The position numbers were made by a program, and so were the translations under genes. This document shows positions 6,559-16,024 of a DNA stretch of 41,976 bases, in pieces. The stretch lies in assembly GCA_964360605.1 (NCBI GenBank), contig CAYHXN010000004.1, positions 1 to 41,976 of the forward strand, given 5' to 3'. The DNA is from an uncultured Candidatus Saccharibacteria bacterium. Its GTDB lineage: Bacteria > Patescibacteriota > Minisyncoccia > UBA6257 > WO2-44-18. The notes beneath the pieces were generated by a model. The model was not told the DNA's origin. It made no database searches and was given only the letters and a program-made list of their open reading frames with translations. Numbering within the stretch: position 1 is the first letter of the stretch; the number at the start of each line of letters is the position of its first letter.

Positions 6559-7848
6559 TTACTTTCTTATAATGTTAGCCCCTAATTTTTGAAGCCGTTC
6601 GTCAATTTTTTCATATCCCCTGTCTAATTCTTCAATTCCATCCAAAACAGACTTTCCTTCGGCGACCAAAGCGGCAATGACGTGAGCGATACCGGCTCGC
6701 AAATCACGCACCTGGAGATTAGCGCCACATAATGGCGTGGGGCCAAAAACTTGAGCGCTGTGTTGAAATCCGCTTTTTTGGAACCTACAGGCCGAATGAC
6801 CGACGCACTCTTTCAATACTGTAATTCTCGCGCCCATTAAATTCAAGTCGGCGGCGTAGCCAAACCGGTCTTCATAAATCGTTTCATGAATTGTAGAGGT
6901 TCCATCCGCTTGCGTCATTAGTACGGCAAAGGGTTGTTGCCAATCGGTCATAAAACCCGGGTGTGGTTCGGTTTTAATATCAACGGCTTTCAACTGCCCG
7001 CCACTGTAAAACAATATCCCGTTGTCTTGAACTTCGTATTCGCCGCCCGCTCGCCGAAACGCGCTTAAAAAAGTTATGAGATGTTCTTGCTGGGCGTCTT
7101 CCACAAAAATTTTGCCGCCCGAAGCCGCCGCCAGACACGCGAAAGAAACTGCCTCATTGCGGTCTGGCAAAATACTATGAGTGACACCCCGCAAATGGTC
7201 TACACCTTCAATAGTAACGCGGCGAGCGTCAATTTCAATAATCGCTCCCATTTTATTCAGCATTTTGATTAAATCAATAATTTCCGGTTCCACCGCCGCG
7301 TTTTGAATAATTGTTTTGCCTTTTGCCAACACCGCGGCCAAAATAGTATTTTCAGTAGCCCCAACGCTCGGATAACGCAATAACAACTCCGCGCCGCGAA
7401 GACCTTTGGGGGCGGTAGCGATATAACGATCTGGAAAAACTTGAATCTCCGCGCCTAAGGCAGAAAGGGCGGCAACGTGAATATCCACCGGCCGGGGCCC
7501 TATTTTGTCTCCTCCTAAAATTGGCACCTCCGCCTCTCCGGTTCTAGCCAACAAAGGCCCGATGGCTAAAATTGGAATTCTATTTTTACGAGTTAAAGAT
7601 ACGACTTTGGAATTAGTTATTTTGGGAGTATGGAGTTCGGCTATTTGGTTTTCTATAACTACCTTACTTCCTAATTGACGACAAAGTTCCGCGGTGATAT
7701 TTACATCGCCGATGCCGGGAAAGTTTTCTAAAAAACACGGCTCATCAGTTAAAAGAGTGGCTATCATTGCTTTAGTAGCGCCATTTTTGGCGCCAGCCAG
7801 TTTAATGCTTCCTTCAATTTTTTCCCCTCCTTGAATTAGAAATTTCAT
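6559..7848 (-). CDS. murA: UDP-N-acetylglucosamine 1-carboxyvinyltransferase
   Basis: GAKN, GGDKIGPRPVDIH (Asp at the usual Cys position), SVGATEN, HPGFMTDWQ, DLRAG, LDRGYE. Confidence 0.96.
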   Translation of the reverse strand: MKFLIQGGEKIEGSIKLAGAKNGATKAMIATLLTDEPCFLENFPGIGDVNITAELCRQLGSKVVIENQIAELHTPKITNSKVVSLTRKNRIPILAIGPLLARTGEAEVPILGGDKIGPRPVDIHVAALSALGAEIQVFPDRYIATAPKGLRGAELLLRYPSVGATENTILAAVLAKGKTIIQNAAVEPEIIDLIKMLNKMGAIIEIDARRVTIEGVDHLRGVTHSILPDRNEAVSFACLAAASGGKIFVEDAQQEHLITFLSAFRRAGGEYEVQDNGILFYSGGQLKAVDIKTEPHPGFMTDWQQPFAVLMTQADGTSTIHETIYEDRFGYAADLNLMGARITVLKECVGHSACRFQKSGFQHSAQVFGPTPLCGANLQVRDLRAGIAHVIAALVAEGKSVLDGIEELDRGYEKIDERLQKLGANIIRK

Positions 7849-7906
7849 GTTAAAACTAGGAACTTACTGGCATTATAGTTAATTTTTGCTAAACTGGAAA
7901 TATTCA

Positions 7907-8893
7907 ATGACTCGCAAATCTCGTTTTTGGATACTTCTAGTTTTAATTTCGCTTTTCGCGACTTCCGCGCCACTGGTTATTTTGTACGCTCAAGGATGGC
8001 GAATTAATTTAGAGAGTTTGCGGATTGAAAAAGTAGGCGGAATCTTTCTAAGTCTTCAAGACGCTGATGTAACGATAAAGCTTAATGGTCAAATTATACC
8101 GCCAGCCAGCCCCAATATTTCTTCAGGAATATTTATCAGTAACCTGCTTCCTAAAACCTACGATATTGAAATAACTAAACCGAACTACCAGGCTTGGAAA
8201 AAAACGTTTTCCGTAAAACCGTCGCTGGTTACCGAAAGCATACCAATTATTTTGGTTCCCGAAGAGCCTAAACTAACCTTAATAAGAAATGGGGTTACGG
8301 ATTTTCAGTTTCAAAACGACTTTCTTATCTGGCGCGATTACAACCAACATTTTTTTCTGACTAGTCCTGAAAACTTAGATTCCGCCCTTAATCTGACCCT
8401 CCTCTTTAATCACCTGAAGCAAACCCAATTGGAGCTTCTGGGTTTTACTAATTTAACGGAAATATTCCAGAAATCGGCTAACGAATTTTTAGTTAAAACC
8501 CAAAAGGCTCGGTATCTTTTAGACACCAAAAAACTAACCTTGGAAAAAACTTCTGAACTGCCGACACCGGCCGTATCCGACCTTACTTCGCCAAACCAAT
8601 CTAAAATCGCCACCTCTACCGATAACGGTTTGGCGCTATTAGTAGATAGAGTCCGCTATAATTTAGAGTTCCCCAACGCTTCTTCAATCCGGAGCTTTAA
8701 TTGGTACAAAGATTCTGAACACCTTATTTTAGAGTATCCGAAGGCGTTATATTTAGCTGAACTAGATACGCGATCCACGATTGGAATTTTCAAACTTTTT
8801 TACGACGTACTGAAATATCATTACGATTCGGAAAACGATCGGCTGTATGTTTTAACAACTAGCGGAGATCTGTCTTATTGGAACTTTGAATAA
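7907..8893 (+). CDS. Membrane-anchored PEGA-domain protein with probable C-terminal beta-propeller-like region
   Basis: N-terminal TM helix followed by YAQGWR; PEGA-like ISNLLPKTYDIEITKPNYQAWKK. ATG start at 7907 preferred. Confidence 0.7.
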   Translation: MTRKSRFWILLVLISLFATSAPLVILYAQGWRINLESLRIEKVGGIFLSLQDADVTIKLNGQIIPPASPNISSGIFISNLLPKTYDIEITKPNYQAWKKTFSVKPSLVTESIPIILVPEEPKLTLIRNGVTDFQFQNDFLIWRDYNQHFFLTSPENLDSALNLTLLFNHLKQTQLELLGFTNLTEIFQKSANEFLVKTQKARYLLDTKKLTLEKTSELPTPAVSDLTSPNQSKIATSTDNGLALLVDRVRYNLEFPNASSIRSFNWYKDSEHLILEYPKALYLAELDTRSTIGIFKLFYDVLKYHYDSENDRLYVLTTSGDLSYWNFE

Positions 8894-9323
8894 CTTCGCC
8901 AACGTCGTTTTTTTTGCTAAAAATGAATGCCGTAACCAGTACGGCACCTCCTATTAAATCCGTTAGAAGGTCGCCTAAGGTGTCCTGAAGCCCGCCCTGA
9001 AGTTGCCAAAGGGTACCGCGAGTTTTAAAAACGCTGTCTAAAATAAATTCAAAAAATTCCCACCCCACGCCCACCAGAGCCACAAAGGAAACCGTGATCA
9101 AAATAGTCAGCCAGTAAACAGAAATGAAATTAAATAATAAACGCTGACGATTGGCGAAATATAGAAAAACACTGGCCGCGACTACGCCGCCGGAAAAATG
9201 AAGCAGTATGTCTAACCACGGTAATTTCCAATAACCGAAAAAAATCGTAGCCAGCGCGTGAACGAAAAAAACCGCTATAATTGCCAACCAAATAAAGTAA
9301 GGGGAGATTAAAATACGATGCAT
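8859..9323 (-). CDS. Integral membrane protein (DUF2238/VanZ-like)
   Basis: About four TM segments; WLDILLHFSGG, GVGWEFFEF and DTLGDLLTDLIGG motifs. Confidence 0.65.
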   Translation of the reverse strand: MHRILISPYFIWLAIIAVFFVHALATIFFGYWKLPWLDILLHFSGGVVAASVFLYFANRQRLLFNFISVYWLTILITVSFVALVGVGWEFFEFILDSVFKTRGTLWQLQGGLQDTLGDLLTDLIGGAVLVTAFIFSKKNDVGEVIQSSNKTDLR

Positions 9324-9327
9324 CGCT

Positions 9328-9780
9328 TTAACGCTTTGCCCATTGAGGAGCTCGGCGGGCTTTTTTCAAACCGTATTTCTTACGCTCCACCATTCGTGAA
9401 TCACGAGTCAAAAAACCAGCCTGTTTAAGATTGCGCCGAAAAACAGGGTTTAGTTTTACTAGCGCTCGAGCGATAGCGTTCCGAACAGCTTCGGCTTGAG
9501 CATTCAGACCGCCACCGGAAACCTTAATAGAAGCGGAAATTTTATCAACCAAACTAATGGACTCAATCGGCTCCATAACTCGCATCTGATTTCCGGAAAT
9601 TTTAAAATAGTCGGTGTAATTTTTTTCATTAACTACGATCCCGCCTTTTTTATTAAAAACCCGCGCTATGGCAACGGCGGTTTTCCGCCCACCTTTGGCA
9701 ATAAAATAGCGGTCGCTTTTTATCTCCTTTTTGGGAGCTTCCGCGATTGGTTTAGTTTTAGATTTAGATTTGACCACCAT
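9328..9780 (-). CDS. rpsI: 30S ribosomal protein S9
   Basis: GGRKTAVA, GGGLNAQAEA, LTRDSRMVERKKYGLKKARRAPQWAKR. Start at 9780 or 9792. Confidence 0.97.
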   Translation of the reverse strand: MVVKSKSKTKPIAEAPKKEIKSDRYFIAKGGRKTAVAIARVFNKKGGIVVNEKNYTDYFKISGNQMRVMEPIESISLVDKISASIKVSGGGLNAQAEAVRNAIARALVKLNPVFRRNLKQAGFLTRDSRMVERKKYGLKKARRAPQWAKR

Positions 9781-9784
9781 AATT

Positions 9785-10123
9785 TTATTCAATAATAAGA
9801 TTCTTTAATCTTTTATCCCGAAGCCAATTCTGGGGCAACATTCTTTGGACCGAAAGACGTAAAACTGCCTCGGGAGATTTCTCAAAAAATTGCTTGTAAG
9901 TCCGTTTTCGGAGATGGCCCATGTAGCCGGTATGGCGATAATAAATTTTCTGGGTAGCTTTGCGACCGGAAACGACTATCTTATCAACATTTTTAATCAC
10001 TATGCGATCCTCACCGGTTAAACGCGGCTCATAATCAGCATGAAGCTTGCCCTGTAAAATATGAGCTATTCTGGAAGCAAGGCGTCCTAATTTTTGATCT
10101 TTTGCGTCAATTGTATGTGTCAT
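9785..10123 (-). CDS. rplM: 50S ribosomal protein L13 (short)
   Basis: IDAKDQKLGRLAS, YYRHTGYMG, RMLP. Confidence 0.95.
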   Translation of the reverse strand: MTHTIDAKDQKLGRLASRIAHILQGKLHADYEPRLTGEDRIVIKNVDKIVVSGRKATQKIYYRHTGYMGHLRKRTYKQFFEKSPEAVLRLSVQRMLPQNWLRDKRLKNLIIE

Positions 10124-10131
10124 TTGATTTA

Positions 10132-10464
10132 TTAAACAAACTCAATGATTGCCATTGGCGCCGCGTCCCTTTTACGACGTTTGGCTTCTTTAATAATGCG
10201 GAGATAACCCCCAACTCTTTCTTTATAGCGTGGCGCGATTTCATAAAATAACTTCTGAGCTGATTCTTTGGGTAATTTAGACAAAAGCAAACGCAGAGAC
10301 GGCAATTGCTGTTTCTTCGCAATAGAAACAAGGCGCTCCACAATCGGGCGTATTTCTTTCGCGCGAGCAGTCGTGGTCTCAATTTTTTCCCTCAAGATTA
10401 AGTTGCTGGCTAATCCCTTAAAAAATGCTCGCCTTGGTCCTATTTTTCGGTGAAACTTACGCAT
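10132..10464 (-). CDS. rplQ: 50S ribosomal protein L17
   Basis: IETTTARAKEIRPIVERLV, GGYLRIIK, RDAAPMAIIEFV. Confidence 0.96.
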   Translation of the reverse strand: MRKFHRKIGPRRAFFKGLASNLILREKIETTTARAKEIRPIVERLVSIAKKQQLPSLRLLLSKLPKESAQKLFYEIAPRYKERVGGYLRIIKEAKRRKRDAAPMAIIEFV

Positions 10465-10466
10465 GA

Positions 10467-11240
10467 TTATTTCTTAGCTTTCTTTGTTGTCTTTTTCTTA
10501 GCCTTTTTTTCTTCTTTTTCCGCAACCGCTACAAGTTCCGGCTCTTTGACTTCTACTTGGGAAATTTTAGCAAAATGGTCTTGTAAAATATTGCTCGCTT
10601 TACGTAAAGCCGAAGAAGGGGTGATACTCCCGTCGGTAGTAATATGCAAACGCAAGCGGTTGTAGTCAGTGCGATCCCCTACGCGCATGTTTTCCACGGT
10701 GAAATTTACGCTGAATACCGGGGAGAACAAAGAATCTAAAGCGATAACTCCCAAAGGAAGCTTCTCGCCTTTGCGGGCGTCTACCGGAACATATCCAAGG
10801 CCTTTTTCCACGGTAATTTCCATATTTAATTCTGTGTTTTTATCGGTAATGGTAGCGATATGAAGATCGGGCGTTACAATTTCAACTTGGGCATTAGTCT
10901 CAATATCAGAAGCTTTTACTTCCCGCTCGCCCTTCACTCTTAAAGTCAAAACTTGAGGTTCGTCAGTGTGAATTCGAAAACGAAGCTTTTTTAGGTTCAA
11001 GCTGATTTCCACGACATCTTCAACAACGTTTTCCACGGTTGTAAATTGATGTCCAGCGCCACTGATTTTAAATTTTGTAATTGCCGCTCCCGGTAACGAA
11101 GAAAGCAAAGTCCGACGGAGAGCGTTGCCAATAGTAAGACCGTACCCGGTATAAAGGCCCTCAATTTCAAAGACGCCTTCGTTATTGGTTTCGGAAATTT
11201 TTTTAATTGTCGCTGTTTCACTTAAGTATTGGTATTGCAT
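10467..11240 (-). CDS. rpoA: RNA polymerase alpha subunit (N-terminal domain only, Lys-rich tail)
   Basis: GYGLTIGNALRRTLLSSLPGAAI, GLGYVP, VENMRVGDRTDYNRL; 257 aa. Confidence 0.95.
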   Translation of the reverse strand: MQYQYLSETATIKKISETNNEGVFEIEGLYTGYGLTIGNALRRTLLSSLPGAAITKFKISGAGHQFTTVENVVEDVVEISLNLKKLRFRIHTDEPQVLTLRVKGEREVKASDIETNAQVEIVTPDLHIATITDKNTELNMEITVEKGLGYVPVDARKGEKLPLGVIALDSLFSPVFSVNFTVENMRVGDRTDYNRLRLHITTDGSITPSSALRKASNILQDHFAKISQVEVKEPELVAVAEKEEKKAKKKTTKKAKK

Positions 11241-11248
11241 GGTGAAAT

Positions 11249-11866
11249 TTATTTATTATAGTAGTCTACGACCAGGTTAACGTCAAAGGGAATTTCAAAG
11301 TCTTTTGGCAAAGAAACTACCTTCCCTTCCAGCTTTTCTTTATCCATTTCCAGCCATACCGGAGGCTGATAAGTCTTTAAGGTGATGGCTAGGTCTTTAA
11401 AAGCCGGATGTTCTTTAGATTGCGGCCTGATGGTTATGACCTCTCCCGATTTCACCCGAAAAGACGGAATCGTTACTCGCCTGCCGTTTACCATTATATG
11501 CCCGTGTCCTACTAACTGCCGGCCAACTGATCTAGAGGGAGCGAGGCCTAATCGGAATACCACGTTGTCTAAGCGCCGCTCCAGATAACTGATAATCATC
11601 TGACCGGTGACGCCGGGATTTTTGGCGGCGGCGGAAAAGATTAATTCTAGTTGGGTATCCCGAATGCCATAAGTGAATTTAATCTTTTGTTTTTCTTTAA
11701 GCTGCTGGCTGAATTCGGAAGGCTGGCCGCGACGACGCTTACCGCCGTGAAGTCCTGGACGCTGGGGACGTCTGATAGTAACGCATTTTGGGGAATTGCA
11801 ACGATGCGGCTTTAAGAAAAGCTTGGTGCCGAGCGATCTTTCTTTTTTTTCTTGGGTATTAAACAT
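11249..11866 (-). CDS. rpsD: 30S ribosomal protein S4
   Basis: QLKEKQK, LERRLDNVVFRLG, RQLVGHGHI. Confidence 0.97.
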   Translation of the reverse strand: MFNTQEKKERSLGTKLFLKPHRCNSPKCVTIRRPQRPGLHGGKRRRGQPSEFSQQLKEKQKIKFTYGIRDTQLELIFSAAAKNPGVTGQMIISYLERRLDNVVFRLGLAPSRSVGRQLVGHGHIMVNGRRVTIPSFRVKSGEVITIRPQSKEHPAFKDLAITLKTYQPPVWLEMDKEKLEGKVVSLPKDFEIPFDVNLVVDYYNK

Positions 11867-11872
11867 AATACA

Positions 11873-12325
11873 TTACACTCGTCGTATTTTCGGTGGTTTC
11901 GGACCATTGTGTGGAATCGGAGTCACGTCTTTTATGGATAAAATACTGAATCCTTGATTCGCGAGCGATCTTAAAGAAGAGTCTCGGCCTCCGCCGACGC
12001 CACTAATAAAAACTCTTACGTTAAAGGGACCGGATTTTCTAATCTTTTCCGCGAGAGCAGATATGACTTTTGAAGCGGCAAAAGGGGTAGCTTTCTTGGG
12101 ACCGGCAAAACCTAAAGCTCCCGCCGAACTCCAGGCCACTAAATTACCTTTGTCATCGGTTATAGAAATTAAAGTGTTATTATAAGAGGCTTTAACGTAA
12201 ACTCTCCCATTCTCAAATTTCTTGGAAGCGGACTTGCCCGATTCTTTTGCGACGGCGGCTTCAACAGACGCGGTTTCTTTCAACGCGGTATCGCCCGTTT
12301 GAGTTGTTACTTTCTTTTTACCCAT
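11873..12325 (-). CDS. rpsK: 30S ribosomal protein S11
   Basis: ASYNNT, KKATPFAA, DVTPIPHNG. Confidence 0.97.
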   Translation of the reverse strand: MGKKKVTTQTGDTALKETASVEAAVAKESGKSASKKFENGRVYVKASYNNTLISITDDKGNLVAWSSAGALGFAGPKKATPFAASKVISALAEKIRKSGPFNVRVFISGVGGGRDSSLRSLANQGFSILSIKDVTPIPHNGPKPPKIRRV

Positions 12326-12331
12326 GGTTGT

Positions 12332-12715
12332 TTACTTTAACTCAACTTTCCGTTTACCGCTACCGGCGGTTTTTCTAACATTACCGCGAACGGTGCGCGA
12401 ATTAGTTTTGGTCCTTTGGCCGTGAACCGGTAAACGTTTCATGTGGCGAGTACCACGATAGGCACCCATTTCCTTAAGTAAATTAATGTTTTGTTTAATA
12501 ATCTGACGAAGCTCTCCCTCTACTTTATAATTCTTATCAATAAATGTTTTAATGCGACCCGCTTCGTCTTGGGTCAATTCTTTCGTTCTTTTGTCTGGAT
12601 TAATTTTGGACGCTTCCACAATCTTTTTTGCCAGAGAAGGTCCGATACCATAAATATAAGCCAACGCGTAAGGCACTTTTTTATTATCTGGAATATTTAT
12701 ACCTAGAATTCTCAT
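12332..12715 (-). CDS. rpsM: 30S ribosomal protein S13
   Basis: YIYGIG, YRGTRH, LPVHGQRTKTNSRT. Confidence 0.97.
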   Translation of the reverse strand: MRILGINIPDNKKVPYALAYIYGIGPSLAKKIVEASKINPDKRTKELTQDEAGRIKTFIDKNYKVEGELRQIIKQNINLLKEMGAYRGTRHMKRLPVHGQRTKTNSRTVRGNVRKTAGSGKRKVELK

Positions 12716-12724
12716 TTTATGTAT

Positions 12725-12841
12725 TTAACCTTGCCGTTGTTTGTGTTTTGGATTTTTCTTACAAATAACATAAATCCGACCGCCGCGTCTAACGGTCTTG
12801 CAATTGATACAAATAGTTTTTACTGAAGATCTTACCTTCAT
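12725..12841 (-). CDS. rpmJ: 50S ribosomal protein L36
   Basis: Manual translation [38 protein letters not shown]; below the ORF-track size cutoff. Confidence 0.97.
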   Translation of the reverse strand: MKVRSSVKTICINCKTVRRGGRIYVICKKNPKHKQRQG

Positions 12842-12853
12842 AAGGTTACGAAT

Positions 12854-13069
12854 TTACAAACGACGCGTGATTCGGCCACGTTTCCGATCCGGACTTAATT
12901 CTATGATCACCCGATCGCCCGGGATAATTTTAATGTAATGAAGGCGAAGTTTGCCCGCTATATGCCCCAAAATCATTTCACCGGTTTCATCCAGTTTGAT
13001 TCGGAACATTGTCGCCGGTAGAGCCTCCTCTACCCGGCCGGTGGCTTTCACTACGTTCTTATCGGGCAT
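12854..13069 (-). CDS. infA: Translation initiation factor IF-1
   Basis: EALPATMFRI, GHIAGKLRLHYIKIIPGDRV, GRI. Confidence 0.96.
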   Translation of the reverse strand: MPDKNVVKATGRVEEALPATMFRIKLDETGEMILGHIAGKLRLHYIKIIPGDRVIIELSPDRKRGRITRRL

Positions 13070-13100
13070 TAGATTAGGATGTTAACATAAATGATTGCCG

Positions 13101-14705
13101 CTAGTCAACAGCTATGTTTATGCGCCCAATATCGGATGGAGATTTTTTAACCCAGAACGGCCAAAGGGAGATTTGAGCGCTTTCTAGTCCCGGAACGGCA
13201 AAAAGTAGGGCCTTGAGATCATTTTCGTTCTTATTGGCTAATTTTTGCCTCAATTCATCGATGTTAACTGTCCGTACTATTTGGGCTTTAAAATCAATTG
13301 GAAAACTCATTAAATCACGGCCGAAATCAGTCCGGGCCTGGCCATAAGAAATTTCAAAGGATTTAATCCCGAAATTTTCTCCCTTATCACGCTTAATTTT
13401 TCTGATCATTAAATCTTTGAGGTCGTCGTCTTTGAAAGCCATTTGTTCAATACTAGCTTCTCCAGAAACGGTAAAATTGCCTTCTGTATTCACGCTGGTG
13501 TTTACCACCGGTTTCCCAAAAACTACTTCATTGGAACCGTTAATACTCTTGAAACCGGAAGGAATTTGTTTGGAGATATCGGCCAGCAAAGTTTTTTCTA
13601 ATTTATCAACCAATTCAGATTTCGCTTTTTTTAAATCCGCGTCGCTCGGGAAAACTACTTCTCCGATAAAACCGCCGGTCATTGGCGCTTTAGATTCACC
13701 GTAAAAAGCGTTGTATTTTGGCGTACCCTTAAATCCAGGAATGGTAAATTTAGAAACGGGTCCGATGTTGAAACTTTCCCCTGCCTTGTCAGCCGTCACT
13801 ATGGTTTCAATACTGGAAGGAACAATCCGTCCTTCAATAATCTGCGCTTCCGGAACGGTTATTTCTTCACTCAACCGAAAAAGCTTTCCGTCGGGCGTCA
13901 AAAATCGGGTGGTGGAAACTAATTTTTGAGGACTGGAACTATAAGCGTTGTAAATAGTAATTTTACCGCTGGCTTTTTCCTCAACGATTTTCTTGGCGGA
14001 AGCTGGAAAAGAAAGTTGGAGGTTTTGTTTAAGAGAAAAAATCTGTCCGGGAATTTTAGAACTAATAGGATCTATTCCCACCGCTAATTTGTCCACCACC
14101 ACGGAATTATTGTAAATCCATGGTTCTTTTTGAGTGATAATTAAAATTTCGGCTTTAGGTAAAACCTTGACCGCTAGAAACAAGAAAACTCCTAGGCCAA
14201 CGGAGGCCAAGGCAATAAATGTAGTTTTTTTAATAGTCGGCAGACGAGGGCTTAGTTTTTTAAAACCGCTTAAATTCATCCTTGACGCGTTGTCGCTTCC
14301 GGCGAACCCCGATTCTTGCGAGTCTCGCTTTTTACGAATCGGCTCAATTATCGGCTCCACCAACCCTTCAATCACCTCTCCGGTTTTCCCCCGACTGGTC
14401 TTCTTTTGCCCAACTACGATATCAGAAAATTGCCGGCGGGAGCGGATGAAGAACGGGTTCAACGCTTCCAGTTTAGCCAAACTAGCCAGCTCAATAGCCT
14501 TATCATCAACGGATTCAATAATAATCTTTTTTTGTAAGAATTCCGCTTCCCGTTTGATTAAATGAAAGTTCGCTAATGAATCTGCCAGCTTGGAAAACCT
14601 GGGAATGCTTAAAATAATTTCGTCCGCGTCTGAATCAATAATTTTCTCTACAACCAAAGCCGGTTCATCGCTTTTATTGACGCTTAATTTTTGAATCTTT
14701 TTCAT
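13101..14705 (-). CDS. Single-pass membrane protein with baseplate-J-like extracytoplasmic region (CPR-type)
   Basis: Cytoplasmic N-domain, one TM, then KASGKITIYN...LVSTTRF...VTADKAGESFNIGP, resembling the baseplate J/gp47-like family as recalled from CPR genomes. Confidence 0.6.
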   Translation of the reverse strand: MKKIQKLSVNKSDEPALVVEKIIDSDADEIILSIPRFSKLADSLANFHLIKREAEFLQKKIIIESVDDKAIELASLAKLEALNPFFIRSRRQFSDIVVGQKKTSRGKTGEVIEGLVEPIIEPIRKKRDSQESGFAGSDNASRMNLSGFKKLSPRLPTIKKTTFIALASVGLGVFLFLAVKVLPKAEILIITQKEPWIYNNSVVVDKLAVGIDPISSKIPGQIFSLKQNLQLSFPASAKKIVEEKASGKITIYNAYSSSPQKLVSTTRFLTPDGKLFRLSEEITVPEAQIIEGRIVPSSIETIVTADKAGESFNIGPVSKFTIPGFKGTPKYNAFYGESKAPMTGGFIGEVVFPSDADLKKAKSELVDKLEKTLLADISKQIPSGFKSINGSNEVVFGKPVVNTSVNTEGNFTVSGEASIEQMAFKDDDLKDLMIRKIKRDKGENFGIKSFEISYGQARTDFGRDLMSFPIDFKAQIVRTVNIDELRQKLANKNENDLKALLFAVPGLESAQISLWPFWVKKSPSDIGRINIAVD

Positions 14706-14738
14706 TATTTAATTTTTATTAATAACTTTCGGTCAATA

Positions 14739-15929
14739 TCATATTAAACTTAACCAACGCACTCTTTTTTTCGCCATTTGACTCATTTTATCATACTGCG
14801 GTAAAAATGTAGCTTCTAAAACAGCCGCGAGTGTGGAGAAACCCGATTGGCGGTCAATTCCTTTAGAATATTTGAATTTAAATTGGTAATGCTCGTTTAA
14901 AAACTCTTCGTTGAGCGGTAAAACTTTCACGGCTGAACGGAATTTACTACGAAAGTTTGGCGCGAACACTGGTCTCGGCATTTCAAAGCAAGTATTCAGA
15001 TATAAGACGCCGACGGCGCGATTAGAAAATGCGCCGTTGACCTGACCCGCCCAATCCGAAAGCTCCTCCATTAAAAATCCTTCTAATTTTTTCTCAAAAT
15101 TAGGCGAGGTGTTCTTTTCTAGGTATCGCCCGATAACGGCTCTGGCAGTCGCGGGAGATATTTTGAGAGTTTCAGAAATAATACCCAAAAGATTGTTTTC
15201 TCCCCAACTAAGGTCGGCGTGGTGGCCAAGCCGGAACCCTTCTCCAATAAATAATGAGGTTTGCCCAGGAAAAATATTAGCGACCGCGAATAATTCGTCT
15301 TTATGAATCCGAGAAACCAAGTGCGACCAAGCTGTACCGGCCTCGGTAATAAAAGATACCGACCCTACCGGCAAAACTTTTTTAAAATCGTTCAGCGCCT
15401 GACGGGTGGTAAAGGTTTGGTTAAGCTGGACCTCCACGGAATGGGCGCGAAACCCTAGGGGGTTCACAACTCGATGACCGTCTAATTTTATGTTTCCTAT
15501 ACGAACGTCGGCTAAAAGAACATCAAAGTCGTTAACTCCGATTTTAGCGGCAATTTTTGCCCGTTGACGATCAAAAAATTTCCAGACCGCCTGCGACAAA
15601 AGATTATCTAAATCGCTTTCGTCAATCGGATCGCGCGGATTATCTCTTACTAAAACTACGGAGGAATAGAGGGTGCTGGCAATCTTGGAATCCAAAGCAA
15701 GAATAATCCGATGCCGACCGAGCTTTCCGAAGTGTTTTAAAGTCTTAGTGATTAACCCCGGGTCCCGTCCTATGACAATTCGGGATTTCACGAGCTCTAG
15801 TTCTTTATTCTCTAAATCACCGTAAACTAGGGAAATTTGGGTCAAATGAGGTAGAATTTCAATCACTAAAAAACTCTCTTTTTTAACGAAGATCCTATTA
15901 AAAAGAGTATTTAATGATTTTATCAGCAC
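14739..15929 (-). CDS. Divergent FtsA/actin-fold-like protein
   Basis: IKLDGHRVVNPLG resembles FtsA subdomain 1C; later ANIFPGQTSLF...WGENNL is a degenerate phosphate-2-like region. Confidence 0.5.
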   Translation of the reverse strand: MLIKSLNTLFNRIFVKKESFLVIEILPHLTQISLVYGDLENKELELVKSRIVIGRDPGLITKTLKHFGKLGRHRIILALDSKIASTLYSSVVLVRDNPRDPIDESDLDNLLSQAVWKFFDRQRAKIAAKIGVNDFDVLLADVRIGNIKLDGHRVVNPLGFRAHSVEVQLNQTFTTRQALNDFKKVLPVGSVSFITEAGTAWSHLVSRIHKDELFAVANIFPGQTSLFIGEGFRLGHHADLSWGENNLLGIISETLKISPATARAVIGRYLEKNTSPNFEKKLEGFLMEELSDWAGQVNGAFSNRAVGVLYLNTCFEMPRPVFAPNFRSKFRSAVKVLPLNEEFLNEHYQFKFKYSKGIDRQSGFSTLAAVLEATFLPQYDKMSQMAKKRVRWLSLI

Positions 15930-15986
15930 TTGTTGTAATTATACCATTAGTAGGCTTAATTTTTTAACTATTTACGCCTATTAAAT

Positions 15987-16017
15987 AAAAATCCTTCCGA
16001 TGCTCATCGGAAGGATT
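15987..16017 (-). terminator. Intrinsic terminator after the beta-oxidation cluster
   Basis: AATCCTTCCGAT/ATCGGAAGGATT stem with a minus-strand T tract. Confidence 0.75.
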
Positions 16018-16024
16018 AAGTTAT

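Noticed and set aside
13101-14705. Prophage or contractile tail locus
   Set aside because: There are no other phage structural genes, integrase or att sites, and the protein is membrane-anchored among housekeeping genes.
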